From contig CATNEN010000026.1 of NCBI GenBank assembly GCA_950097015.1, forward strand, positions 434,001 through 498,000: 64,000 nt of DNA, read 5' to 3'. Source of the DNA: Macrostomum hystrix (taxonomy: Eukaryota; Animalia; Platyhelminthes). Below the pieces are notes generated by a model, which had not been told where the DNA came from, made no database searches, and worked only from the letters and a program-made list of their open reading frames with translations. Shown piece after piece: positions 11,601-24,212 of this stretch (the stretch's first letter is position 1; the number at the start of each line of letters is the position of its first letter). The translations under genes and the position numbers were made by a program.

Positions 11601-14600
11601 AATTTCCAGGCACTTATTTATTTCTTTAACAGAACAAAGACCAGGGGGGTATTTCAAATGCGTACCTTTTATTTTTCTGCATCTCCTAGAATATTCAAAT
11701 AATCTTCATAATAAGAGAGAGAATAAATTGTAGGAGAGGGAAAGCGGGGAATTAAAGGGGGAGAGAGAATAAAATGTAGGAGAGGGAAAGCGGGGAATTA
11801 AAGGGGGAGAGAGAATAAATTGTAGGAGAGGGAAAGCGGGGAATTAAAGGGGAGGGAGAATAAATTGTAGGAGAGGGAAAGCGGGGAATTAATGGGGAGG
11901 GAGAATAAATTGTAGGACAGGGAAAGCGGGGAATTAAAGGGGAGAGAGAATAAATTGTAGGAGAGGGAAAGCGGGGAATTAATGGGGAGGGAGAATAAAT
12001 TGTAGGACAGGGAAAGCGGGGAATTAAAGGGGAGAGAGAATAAATTGTAGGAGAGGGAAAGCGGGGAATCAAAGGGGAGAAAGAATAAATTGTAGGAGAG
12101 GGAAGGCGGGGAATCAAAGGGGGAGAGAGAATAAATTGTAGGACAGGGAAAGCGGGGAATTAAAGGGGAGAGAGAATAAATTGTAGGACAGGGAAAGCGG
12201 GGAATCAAAGGGGAGAAAGAATAAATTGTAGGAGAGGGAAGGCGGGGAATCAAAGGGGAGAGAGAATAAATTGTAGGACAGGGAAAGCGGGGAATCAAAG
12301 GGGGAGAGAGAATAAATTGTAGGAGAGGGAAAGCGGGGAATTAAAGGGGGAGAGAATAAATTGTAGGAGAGGAAAAGCGGGGAATTAAAAGGGGAGAGAG
12401 AATAAATTGTAGGACAGGGAAGGCGGGGAATCAAAGGGGAGAGAGAATAAATTGTAGGAGAGGGAAAGCGGGGAATCAAAGGGGGAGAGAATAAATTGTA
12501 GGACAGGGAAGGCGGGGAATCAAAGGGGAGAGAGAATAAATTGTAGGAGAGGGAAAGCGGGGAATCAAAGGGGAGAGAGAATAAATTGTAGGAGAGGGAA
12601 AGCGGGGAATTAAAAGGGGAGAGAGAATAAATTGTAGGACAGGGAAGGCGGGGAATCAAAGGGGAGAGAGAATAAATTGTACGACAGGGAAAGCGGGGAA
12701 TTAAAGGGGAGAGAGAATAAATTGTAGGAGGGAAAGCGGGGAATCAAAGGGGAGAGAGAATAAATTGTAGGAGAGGGAAAGCGGGGAATCAAAGGGGAGA
12801 GAGAATAAATTGTAGGAGAGGGAAAGTGGGGAATTAAAGGGGAGAGAGAATAAATTGTAGGAGAGGGAAAGCGGGGAATTAAAGGGGAGAGAGAATAAAT
12901 TGTAGGACAGGGAAGGCGGGGAATTAAAGGGGGAGAGAGAATAAATTGTAGGAGAGGGAAAGTGGGGAATTAAAGGGGAGAGAGAATAAATTGTAGGAGA
13001 GGGAAAGCGGGGAATTAAAGGGGAGAGAGAATAAATTGTAGGACAGGGAAGGCGGGGAATCAAAGGGGAGAGAGAATAAATTGTAGGAGAGGGAAAGCGG
13101 GGAATCAAAGGGGGAGAGAGAATAAATTGTAGGAGGGAAAGCGGGGAATCAAAGGGGAGAGAGAATAAATTGTAGGAGGGAAAGCGGGGAATTAAAGGGG
13201 AGAGAGAATAAATTGTAGGACAGGGAAAGCGGGGAATCAAAGGGGGAGAGAGAATAAATTGTAGGACAGGGAAAGCGGGGAATCAAAGGGGGAGAGAGAA
13301 TAAATTGTAGGAGAGGGAAAGTGGGGAATTAAAGGGGAGAGAGAATAAATTGTAGGAGAGGGAAAGTGGGGAATTAAAGGGGAGAGAGAATAAATTGTAG
13401 GAGAGGGAAAGTGGGGAATTAAAGGGGAGAGAGAATAAATTGTAGGAGAGGGAAAGTGGGGAATTAAAGGGGAGAGAGAATAAATTGTAGGAGAGGGAAA
13501 GCGGGGAATCAAAGGGGGAGAGAGAATAAATTGTAGGAGAGGGAAAGTGGGGAATTAAAGGGGAGAGAGAATAAATTGTAGGAGAGGGAAAGTGGGGAAT
13601 TAAAGGGGAGAGAGAATAAATTGTAGGAGAGGGAAAGTGGGGAATTAAAGGGGAGAGAGAATAAATTGTAGGAGAGGGAAAGTGGGGAATTAAAGGGGAG
13701 AGAGAATAAATTGTAGGAGAGGGAAAGTGGGGAATTAAAGGGGAGAGAGAATAAATTGTAGGAGAGGGAAAGTGGGGAATTAAAGGGGAGAGAGAATAAA
13801 TTGTAGGACAGGGAAAGCGGGGAATTAAAGGGGAGAGAGAATAAATTGTAGGAGAGGGAAAGCGGGGAATTAAAGGGGAGAGAGAATAAATTGTAGGACA
13901 GGGAAAGCGGGGAATCAAAGGGGGAGAGAGAATAAATTGTAGGACAGGGAAAGCGGGGAATCAAAGGGGAGAGAGAATAAATTGTAGGAGAGGGAAAGTG
14001 GGGAATTAAAGGGGAGAGAGAATAAATTGTAGGAGAGGGAAAGTGGGGAATTAAAGGGGAGAGAGAATAAATTGTAGGAGAGGGAAAGCGGGGAATTAAA
14101 GGGGAGAGAGAATAAATTGTAGGACAGGGAAAGCGGGGAATCAAAGGGGGAGAGAGAATAAATTGTAGGAGAGGGAAAGTGGGGAATTAAAGGGGAGAGA
14201 GAATAAATTGTAGGAGAGGGAAGGCGAGGAATCAAAGGGGAGAGAGAATAAATTGTAGGAGGGAAAGCGGGGAATCAAAGGGGAGAGAGAATAAATTGTA
14301 GGAGGGAAAGCGGGGAATCAAAGGGGAGAGAGAATAAATTGTAGGAGAGGGAAAGCGGGGAGTCAAAGGGGGAGAGAGAATAAATTGTAGGACAGGGAAA
14401 GCGGGGAATCAAAGGGGGAGAGAGAATAAATTGTAGGAGAGGGAAGGCGGGGAATTAAAGGGGAGAAAGAATAAATTGTAGGACAGGGAAAGCGGGGAAT
14501 CAAAGGGGAGAGAGAATAGAGTGGAGAGATGAGGAAAGATAAAGAGTATAGAGTAGGGGAGAAGAGAGTAGAGACAACAAAGCAGCAGAGCGGTCTAACT

Positions 14601-15003
14601 AACCCTCCCTATTCCGCTGCATAGAATATGAATCTCCAAGCACGTGTGGCGCATACTTGGAGCACAGGCTAGCCAGCAGGTCCAGGCTCCATCGGCAGAC
14701 ATCGTCTGCGAATCCAGCAGGCGCAGTCGGCATGAGTTGGTCGAGAGTGGCGCTCAGGCGGGCAATTAAACCGGCCAGGGCTTTGCGTGCTGGCTCGAAC
14801 TGAACAGCTCTGGCGTGCAGTGCGCAGTTGCACACGTAGTCGCTGAACACTGCGTTGAAGTGCTCTAGCACTGCCAGGCGAGCTTGCGGCACAGTGCGCA
14901 ATAGATTCAGAGCCAGGTCGCCCATGGACTCCGGGCTCAGCTGGACGCCCCCGCTGCTGGCCGCGATAAAGAGGCCGAGCTCCGTACCCTGCGGTGCTGC
15001 CAT
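8690..15003 (-). CDS. INTS5: Integrator complex subunit 5; exons 15003-14604, 11586-10594, 10372-10122, 10024-9470, 9208-8690 (~905 aa)
   Basis: N-terminal motifs LNLLRTVPQARLAVLEHFNAVF, RWSLDLLASLCSKY, RQWLSVPGIQELLDI and DAFADGLL..PQLDWLLA match INTS5 as recalled ([63 protein letters not shown]). Four GT-AG introns with compatible phases (1,1,0,0) sum to 2718 nt. Confidence 0.88.
9243..9465. repeat. 23/46-bp minisatellite (aatcctcgccattcccatagtcc) in INTS5 intron 4
   Basis: Fills most of the 261-bp intron. Confidence 0.85.
10435..10565. repeat. 30-bp minisatellite in INTS5 intron 2
   Basis: aatcgaatctgattggctggctatgtacaa, about 4 copies. Confidence 0.85.
11712..14520. repeat. ~45-bp purine-rich minisatellite filling INTS5 intron 1
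   Basis: agagagaataaattgtaggagagggaaagcggggaattaaagggg, about 60 copies with 43-46 bp variants. Confidence 0.97.
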
Positions 15004-15224
15004 TGGCTAGCAGAGAAGGGCGCGAGTTGCTGGCAATTTGAAATACGGAATGGGGGTTTCAGCACCAATCTGGCTGCAAATCTGGGACAGAGGTTTCTTA
15101 ATCCGAAAATGCTTAATCCTGTAACTTTTTATCTGGGATTCTTAACCCGGGACTTTCAAACCGGAGATTTTTATCCAGGGATTCACAATCTACGGATTTT
15201 TAATCCTGGTATTTTTTAACTAGG

Positions 15225-15553
15225 TATTTTCAATTCTTGGGATTTTCAATCCTTGGGATTTTCAATCCTTGGGATTTTCAATCCTTGGGATTTTCAATTC
15301 TTGGGATTTTCAATCCTTAGGGATTTTCAATCCTTGGGATTTTCAATCCTTGGGATTTTCAATCCTTGGGATTTTCAATCCTTGGGATTTTCAATCCTTG
15401 GGATTTTCAATCCTTGGGATTTTCAATCCTTGGGATTTTCAATCCTTGGGATTTTCAATCCTTGGGATTTTCAATCCTTGGGATTTTCAATCCTTGGGAT
15501 TTTCAATCCTTGGGATTTTCAATCCTTGGGATTTTCAATCCTTGGGATTTTCA
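15225..15553. repeat. 16-bp minisatellite (gggattttcaatcctt)
   Basis: About 20 copies between FAM136A and INTS5, with a degenerate extension back to ~15100. Confidence 0.95.
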
Positions 15554-15965
15554 AATCGAGGCTGGTTTATCCTTTGACTTTTTATTATTTTTATAGGGCA
15601 TTTTAATCCCAGACTAAAGGCGAACACAGCTTTTTGTTCTAATAAATTCTGATCGTGAATGAAGTCGATTATATTAAAAAGCACAAGTGGACAAAATATT
15701 TTTTTACTTTGTCTCTATATTTCAGTTTCAAATGGTTACTAACAGACATGCGACACTAATGCATCAAGAAGATACAAAAAGCTTGAACAAGGCAAGCTAA
15801 AATGCTAACTAAATCGACAAAAAAACTGTCAGAGAGATATTGTTTGTCTAGCAATATTAAGCATGATTACTTTCCCATTGTTAGGACACCAATTGCCTAG
15901 TAAATTAGGAACTAAACTGACCCTAACTAAAAATTAACACCAACAACAAGCTAGGTTGATCAGCA

Positions 15966-17107
15966 TCAAAGCGCAACTTTATAAGCTTTGAGTCGTTCGC
16001 CAATTTTCTTAATAGCTGTAGGCAGGTGTTGGTCCAGGTGTGTACGAACGCAGCTATCGGCGCAGGCCTCCGATGCGATGCGCGCCTTAGCGATCTGGTC
16101 GGAGTTTGGCGAAGCCGGCAGGCCATCTTTGGCTTTGTCGCCGCAGTCCATCAGGCAGCGATGAACCCGGCTCTGAAAGGTTGACAGCTCCACTTCGATG
16201 TCCTTCTCAGCCCTCTGAACAACTTGACTGCATTGTTCCAGGCAGCCCTGCGACTCGCGGGGCGTCGGGTAAGCCTGAGAATTTGTGGATTGAAAAGTAA
16301 CGCTTGAAATTATAGCGAATTTAAAGTAACGATATCTGATTGAAGCCAGAATGTGTCACTGTGTGTAAGCATTAGTGTCAGATAGTGTCAGATATCTGTC
16401 CCTGTGTGTGGGCATTAGTGTCAGATATCTGTCCCTGTGTGTGGGAGGGCATTAGTGTCAGATATCTGTCCCTGTGTGTGGGAGGGCATTAGTGTCAGAT
16501 ATCTGTCCCAGTCTGTGAGCATTAGTGTCAGATATCTGTCCCAGTCTGTGAGCATTAGTGTCAGATATCTGTCCCAGTCTGTGAGCATTATTGTCAGATA
16601 TCTGTCCCAGTCTGTAAGCATTAGTGTCAGATATCTGTCACAGTCTGTGAGCATTAGTGTCAGATATCTGTCCCAGTCTGTGAGCATTAGCGTCAGATAT
16701 CTGTCACAGTCTGTGAGCATTAGTGTCAGATATCTGTCCCAGTCTGTGAGCATTAGTGTCAGATATCTGTCCCAGTCTGTGAGCATTAGTGTCAGATATC
16801 TGTCACAGTCTGTGAGCATTAGTGTCAGATATCTGTCACAGTCTGTGAGCATTAGTGTCAGATATCTGTCCCAGTCTGTGAGCATTAGTGTCAGATATCT
16901 GTCACAGTCTGTGAGCATTAGCGTTATATATCTGTCGCAATGTTAAGCTATTCAAAACCTTGCCTGAACATCCTCAACACAGCGAATAGAACATCTAAAT
17001 GTATCGGCCTGGAGTTTGCGCAGATACTGCCGATCAATCTGGTTAATCTGACGATGCACCTCTTCCTGGAAGATTGTCTGGATGTCTCGCCCTGTGTCCT
17101 GGCTCAT
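15966..17107 (-). CDS. FAM136A: FAM136A protein; exons 17107-16964 and 16274-15966 (150 aa), probable GC-AG intron
   Basis: Exon 1 MSQDTGRDIQTIFQEEVHRQINQIDRQYLRKLQADTFRCSIRCVEDVQ; exon 2 AYPTPRESQGCLEQC..ELSTFQSRVHRCLMDCGDKAKD..CADSCVRTHL. The CX3C pattern and RKLQ..FRC and RC..C.DKAKD motifs are characteristic of FAM136A. Confidence 0.9.
16370..16935. repeat. 33-bp minisatellite (cattagtgtcagatatctgtcccagtctgtgag) in the FAM136A intron
   Basis: About 16 copies; 11-aa periodic ORFs on both strands. Confidence 0.95.
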
Positions 17108-19852
17108 TTCTTAAATATTTTACTGAAGCAAAGTGTAGTAATTGTTTTGTACCATTTTAACAACAAATGCATGATGTTGGTAAAAATCATAGGTGTAAGT
17201 GACAGTCACTACATTAAAAAAATTCCCAACCCTTATGTTTTCTTGGGCTGCTACCAGCTACCATACAGGCCAGTTTTCAGTTTGTAGCTTTCTACTCTGA
17301 TGCACATGCCTTGGCTTGGCTAAATCCCAGTACCTAGGCCTAGCCACAGCAGCAGCAGCATAAGTAGTTTTGAATCACTTTGAACTGTCTCTTCATTGTT
17401 ATATAGCATTTTTTATGAATGCTTAACCATCTTTGAGGAAATCTTTTAGCTAGATAATTAATATATACTTTGTTAGCTGACTTCACTATTCTCCATTCCC
17501 AAGTATGGCAGATAAGATAAATAACAGTATGGTTATTTATCAATATTTTTATATAAAAATATTCTTAAGGTTAATTTTTCAAGGAAATCATGCTCACTTT
17601 GAATCAGAATTGAAGTTAGAGGCTGCATACACAGGGTTTCACTATCTGTCTTCAATGTGAGTCTGTGTACCACCAAGCAAGAAAGAGGCAAATTGGCAAT
17701 TAAGAGACACTAGTGTGCATTACACAGCTAATCCTGGGCATTGCTGTCAACACATAGGAAAACCATCAAAAAACAAATTTTCTGTGGTCAAGTTGTTGCC
17801 TGCAGCTTTTGTCAGCAACTGTCAGCATTTTGTGTGACTTAATGCTGACCAACATTTTTGCTCAACCTGATGGCCCACAGCCACTTGCACCCTTGCACCT
17901 TATGCAACATATGTAAGGATGATCTTAAAAACTTTGCCAAGCCAAGAACTTTTGGCTGTCTCTCTATAGCTACAAGTCCTACTAGGCTGCCAGTTGCCCA
18001 TGCCAAACACTTTAGCAATGTTGTCTGCCCTAGCATCCTATCTGGTGGTGACAAAGCTCATGTGCTGCATTTAATTCTGCTGCTGGAGCTACACCTGTTG
18101 ACAAGCACAATGCAGGCATTCTATAAAGAACATTCATGTGTGTGGTTTGAAAATATGGTGCCTAACTTATGGCATACAATGTTCAGTATGTTCAGCATCA
18201 TGGCATAAGCTTCACAGACAACACAAACCATAAGCTGCTTCGAACTACAGACTTTGAACTTAGTTGTTAGTGTATGACTTGAAAATCAGCTTTGCTTGAA
18301 CAAGACACATTCACTACATAAATTATCTAATTTTTTCACATTATTTACAAACCTAAATGTTGCTGTCACTCCAAAAATACTAGCAATCTTCTATCACATT
18401 AAAGAATTCTGCAGAACCAAGGGAAAATGGCCTTGGAATATAGAGTGAACAAGTGCACAGAGTTGATACACAGAGATTTCACTTTGCACTATGAGCAATA
18501 CAAGGTAGTCAACTAGGCCCTACCTAGTAGGCCCTATGTAGGCCCAAATATAGGCCCTACCCTTGATTTTCAGACAATCTGCTAGCAGCTATGCAACATT
18601 AAAACAGTTGCTTTTTACAAACTGAAATTTTTTAATGTGCCTACTTGGGTATAGTGGGATGATAACTCTGGGATCACATGCCTTATTAAGATAAGATTTG
18701 AATTAGGTTAGGAGACAAATCTCACTATGGCTATTTAAGTCAATGCTAAGGATTTCTTTCTATAGGCCTACACTATTGCAAATTATTTTGGCGAAGGGTG
18801 AATATTGTCTATGCTTGCCAATTTTTATAACATAATGCTTTCTTGTTTTCTTAATTTGTAATATAATATACTGATGAATTTGGTGCATTATCTGCAGACA
18901 ATGAAGATGTTTGTATAATCTTATAATCATGTCTTTATAAAGAACATTTTTGGAAAAATATAATTTTATAGAAAAATAGAATGTGTCAGGTTTCCATTTT
19001 GCTTGCAATTAATTTTTATTCAGTATATTGTCTATTTCATCACATATCTTTTCCTTGTCAATGATTTTGGGATTATGTTGCATGGAGAACAAAAATGTTT
19101 TCAATGTTATAAATTTGTATAAATAACTATAAATATTCCTAAGGCTGGATTAAACAATCTGATAAAAAATACTAGGCTATTAAGTTAAATAAGGTAATAA
19201 CAACATCCACAGAAGGTAATAGCATCAACTAATAATAAAATGAATATGCTAGGCCTACTGCAATTGCATTACTTTAGTTAAGTTTTAATTTGAGCTTTAA
19301 GTTCAAGCTCTATAGCTTAAAATATATAATTACAATAAGCTATAGCTTACTAGTAGGGCCTTGTCGTATGACTGGTAGTCGTATGACCATTAGTGGTGTG
19401 ATATTAGGTGTAGTGTATGACTGTATGAGTGTATGTATGAGTGTAAAAATAAAAAATCACACCTAATAGCGTAACTGAGTAAAAAATTAAACAACAAAGT
19501 GGAGTATTTTATGTATTCATCGCTGGTCTAAATATAGTAAATTGACAGCACTTTACAATCGCTTATGTTATAGGTTCTGCGACTGCATTAGGACCGACAT
19601 GACGGATTTATACATGTGCTGCAATTTAGCGAGGCATTAATTCCTTTTGTCAATTCAAATTAATGCGCGACTGAAGTCGTTAAAAACTTTTTTAAATGCG
19701 AGCTATTACGACAAATGGATCATTAATCATTTTCAGAGACGATCCTTATTTATTGGGGTTGAAATTAATTGCTTTAGACATCTACAACCGATTTTTTGCT
19801 GACCTCAACATCTCGTATTGTTAGGAAGCTCATACGTTCTTATGTTTCAATA

Positions 19853-20485
19853 ATGTAATGGTTCCCCGATACATATTCAGATTTATACTCGAAATATAAC
19901 AAACACTCTGGCTCTGTCGTACCAAATCACATGAAAATTTACAGTCTTCGAACAGCAAGCGAGTTATCAGTGCAAATCAAATTTGGAGTCGATTCGTAGT
20001 ACAGTTCAAAAGTTATTCACGTCTGAACTGTGCTCGCCTATCTCCGCAATGCATTTATATGCAATCTTAGATGCCATATTTATATTCAGAATAGAGCCAC
20101 TTTCACAGCATCAATTTCAACCAAACTTTACAGTCTTTGAACAGCAAGCGAGTTATCAGTGCATATCAAATTTGGAGTCGATTCGTAGTACAGTTCAAAA
20201 GTTATTCACATTCTTTTTCCCATTACCAGCCAGTTTTCCCCATAGAAATAATGGAAGTGCAGCTCGAAACACGTGATTCGTTGAGTCATCGCGGAGATAG
20301 GCGAGCACAGTTCAGACGTGAATAACTTTTGAAATGTACTACGAATCGACTCCAAATTTGATATGCACTGATAACTCGCTTGCTGTTCGAAGACTGTAAA
20401 TTTTCATGTGATTTGGTACGACAGAGCCAGAGTGTTTGTTATATTTCGAATATAAATCTGAATATGTATCGGGGAACCATTACAT
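19853..20485. mobile_element. Non-autonomous Mutator-like element/MITE: 195-bp TIRs, 9-bp TSD gtttcaata
   Basis: Left arm 19853-20047 is the near-perfect reverse complement of 20291-20485. gtttcaata flanks both ends (19844-19852, 20486-20494). Long TIRs with a 9-bp TSD are typical of MULEs. Confidence 0.85.
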
Positions 20486-20959
20486 GTTTCAATATTGAGT
20501 GTAGGAAAGGGTAATGTTGATTTAAATTACGCATTTACACAATGGCTTAGAAAGCATGCAGTAAAACATTATTGCTGTAAGCCTTTGGGAATATTTTATG
20601 ATTGACAGCTGAGCCGAATTGTTACTGGTAAGTAGGAAGATCTACATCAGAAAACGAGCTAGCGCCTAGCGGGATCGTTTAACGCTTACAGTACGTGATA
20701 ATACTGCAATGCCACTCTATTCTTTCTCGGTTCAAATTCCCTCGCACTAATTGTACGAGTATAGTACGAGCTACATTGAATGTATAAATTTTACATAGAA
20801 TATTTTGCCTTACCATTAAAATAGGCTAATACACATAAGTAGAAGTATAGAATACTACTAGTAGTAGTGGTCCTTTGTATATATACGTGTAGCTGCAACT
20901 GTGGTAGCTGCAAGTCATATTCCTTTTGTATTTTAAATTCAATAATTATACGCCTTAAA

Positions 20960-22812
20960 TTAACTGGAAGGGAAAACCAAAAACAGATCTACTATCGGAT
21001 TTTTCTTTGATGTGGAAGGAGCTTTCGATAAAATCTGGCATGATGCACTGCGATATATAGACTCCACAAAATCAAACTACCTATCAGATTAACCTGGATC
21101 TTTTCCAACTGCGTGTCAGACCGAGAGATAGCCGTTAGAGTAAACGGCCAACTCAGTGACTACTTCACGCCTGAGGCTGGTGTTCCTCAAGGTGGAGTTC
21201 TCAGCCCCAAACCCAAAGACATCAGGGTCAGAGCCAGTCAATTTGCCGATGACACACCAATTTGGTGTCAGTCACTCAAGGCCAGTGTAGCCGGCAAACT
21301 CATACAGGATTTCATAGAAGACTACCAAAAATGGTTAAGCAAATACGGCATCAAAGTCAACCCAAACAAGAGTAAAGCCATCGCCTTCATCCACAAAACC
21401 AAGAATTTTGGTCAGCCTCCACCCATCGCCTTCAACGGAACCATCATCAACTATCAACCAAACGTCAAATTCCTTGGAGTCACTCTTGATCCTCAACTCA
21501 CACTCTCTGCTCACTGCTTCAACACTCTGAAAATCTGCGACCTTCGAGTTCTGCAACTACTTCGAGTAGCACAACTCACCAGAGCCACAACCAGTTCACT
21601 CCATTGCTCAGCCGAATCAGCAGAGCCTACATCGAAAGCATCATCACCTATGCCTCACCTATCCTCACCTTACTAGGCAAGTACCATGTGGGTAGACTGC
21701 AAATTATACAAAATCGCGCTCTGCGTCACTGCCACGATGCACCCAAATACTGCAAAAGTTGCCTTTCTACAAAAACTTTCAAAAGTCGAACTTAGTAAGA
21801 AAAGAATTGATGATCTAGCCAGTAGGTGGTTCCTGCGGGCTAATGCCAATAAAATACATGCACTAGATAGTGTCACAAACATCTCGCTAGCAAAAAGAAC
21901 TGTTCCAACAACTAAAGAAAATAAATAGAGAGGAAAACTCATAAACCCAGATGGTCTGGATAAATTAAAATGCATTGCTTACTACTTGTATGCTACTTAG
22001 TAAATTGACTTTGACTATGTAACTAATTTGCTTATTTAACTATAGTAAATGCATGCAAAACTAACCAGGAACATGCTGAAACAAGAATACTAGACTGAAA
22101 AGCTATCCGGGTCAGCTCAGAAGCAAATGGAAAAGTCAGACCCAACTCAACTATATATAGGCACACCGTCAACCATTGCTATATTATATAGACTGGACAA
22201 CTCTCACCGCCTATATTGTGGTGGTGAAATTAGATGACAAAAAACTCAGCACGCTACTCATAGTAGATCCAGCATGTTCCTAAATTTAATATTTAACTCC
22301 AAAATTACAAATAATTGAATTCCAGGTCCTGTGCAGGCAGGGGTTTTGGTGTGGGGTTTTCACACCTCAGACCTTTGTTCGCAAAATAAGACTCTCGATC
22401 TATCCATCAATCAATCATATCAAAATTATGAAAACTACAAATCAACTAATAGATTTATCTTTGTGATAACCCGCGCACTGAGGTACGTGTTTTCCCACTC
22501 CTTTTTTCCCTCGCACACTGCACATGGCCTTTGTTTTAATTTGTTTTATTATAGAGTTGCACCTTATTGTTTTACTTACTCATGCATGTACTACTTATGT
22601 GAATGCCTAAAAGACTACTACAACACACTAAAGAATCAAACTCTATAATCTAAACTCGCTACTTTTTATAATTTCCAAACAAGTAATATGTATTGCTCAT
22701 AACTCCATAAATAAAATAGATCAATGTTGCGTAAGAGCTTCGGCTGATGCGCGGGGAGCAGGGCGCAAAAAACCCTGTGTTATACCCCAAACTTAATAAC
22801 AACAACAGCAAC
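20960..22812 (+). mobile_element. 5'-truncated, frameshifted non-LTR retrotransposon (LINE): RT C-terminal half, 3' UTR and (AAC)-like tail
   Basis: FFDVEGAFDKIWHDAL, VRVNGQLS..EAGVPQGGVLSP, QFADD, GIKVNPNKSKAIAF, VKFLGVTLDPQLT, YIESIITYASP, RLQIIQNRALR. Frameshifts near 21058 and 21600. Ends in taataacaacaacagcaaca at ~22794-22812. Confidence 0.88.
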
Positions 22813-23049
22813 AAGACTTCGCCTTGCAGTGCTTTGAGAGATTGAGTTAAATTTCTTCCAAGGTAAACTTTGTGTTGGCAATTATAATTTCAAAATGGCT
22901 CATTCAGGGCAGCAGTACGATGTTTCATATCCTCTATTGACAAACAAGGCTAAAGAGTTAAATTGGCGGTCTGAATCGTAGCCACGCATAACTGCTGGAA
23001 TAAGGAAGCCACGGTTGCTTGTCGGCCTGGACGTAACCATGGGATTTAG

Positions 23050-24212
23050 GGGCAGAGCCACGGGACACAGAGAATGACCTAGAGGCAGAGAGCCACGGGA
23101 CACAGAGAATGACCTAGAGGCAGAGAGTCACGGGACACAGAGAATGACCTAGAGGCAGGAAGCCACGGGACACAGAGAATGACCTAGAGGCAGAGAGTCA
23201 CGGGACACAGAGAATGACCTAGAGGCAGGAAGCCACGGGACACAGAGAATGACCTAGAGTCAGAGAGCCACGGGGCACAGAGAATGACCTAGAGGCAGAG
23301 AGCCATGGGACACAGAGAATGACCTAGAGGCAGAGAGTCACGGGACACAGAGAATGACCTAGAGGCAGAGAGTCACGGGACACAGAGAATGACCTAGAGG
23401 CAGAGAGCCACGGGACACAGAGAATGACCTAGAGGCAGGAAGCCACGGGACACAGAGAATGACCTAGAGGCAGGAAGCCACGGGACACAGAGAATGACCT
23501 AGAGGCAGAGAGCCACGGGACACAGAGAATGACCTAGAGGCAGGAAGCCACGGGACACAGAGAATGACCTAGAGTCAGAGAGCCACGGGGCACAGAGAAT
23601 GACCTAGAGGCAGAGAGTCACGGGACACAGAGAATGACCTAGAGGCAGAGAGTCACGGGACACAGAGAATGACCTAGAGGCAGAGAGAGCGACGGGACAC
23701 AGAGAATGACCTAGAGGCAGAGAGAGCCACGGGACACAGAGAATGACCTAGAGGCAGAGAGAGCCACGGGACACAGAGAATGACCTAGAGGCAGAGAGAG
23801 CCACGGGACACAGAATGACCTAGAGGCAGAGAGAGCCACGGGACACAGAGAATGACCTAGAGGCAGAGAGAGCCACGGGACACAGAGAATGACCTAGAGG
23901 CAGAGAGCCACGGGACACAGAGAATGACCTAGAGGCAGAAAGAGCCACGGGACACAGAGAATGACCTAGAGGCAGAGAGAGCCACGGGACACAGAGAATG
24001 ACCTAGAGGCAGAGAGAGCCACGGGACACAGAGAATGACCTAGAGTCAGAGAGCCACGGGGCACAGAGAATGACCTAGAGGCAGAGAGAGCCACGGGACA
24101 CAGAGAATGACCTAGAGGCAGAGAGTCACGGGACACAGAGAATGACCTAGAGGCAGAAAGCCACGGGACACAGAGAATGACCTAGAGGCAGAGAGAGCCA
24201 CGGGACACAGAG
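23050..24212. repeat. 34-37-bp minisatellite (gccacgggacacagagaatgacctagaggcagaga)
   Basis: About 32 copies; length varies in the (ga)n tail. Confidence 0.95.

Noticed and set aside
11752-14235. Series of PRFPSPTIYS ORFs
   Set aside because: Translations of the 45-bp intronic array.
17200-19400. AT-rich stretch with Cys-containing fragments (VCVVCEAY, YICCIRCK)
   Set aside because: Many stops in all frames and no coherent domain; a TE remnant is possible but unsupported.
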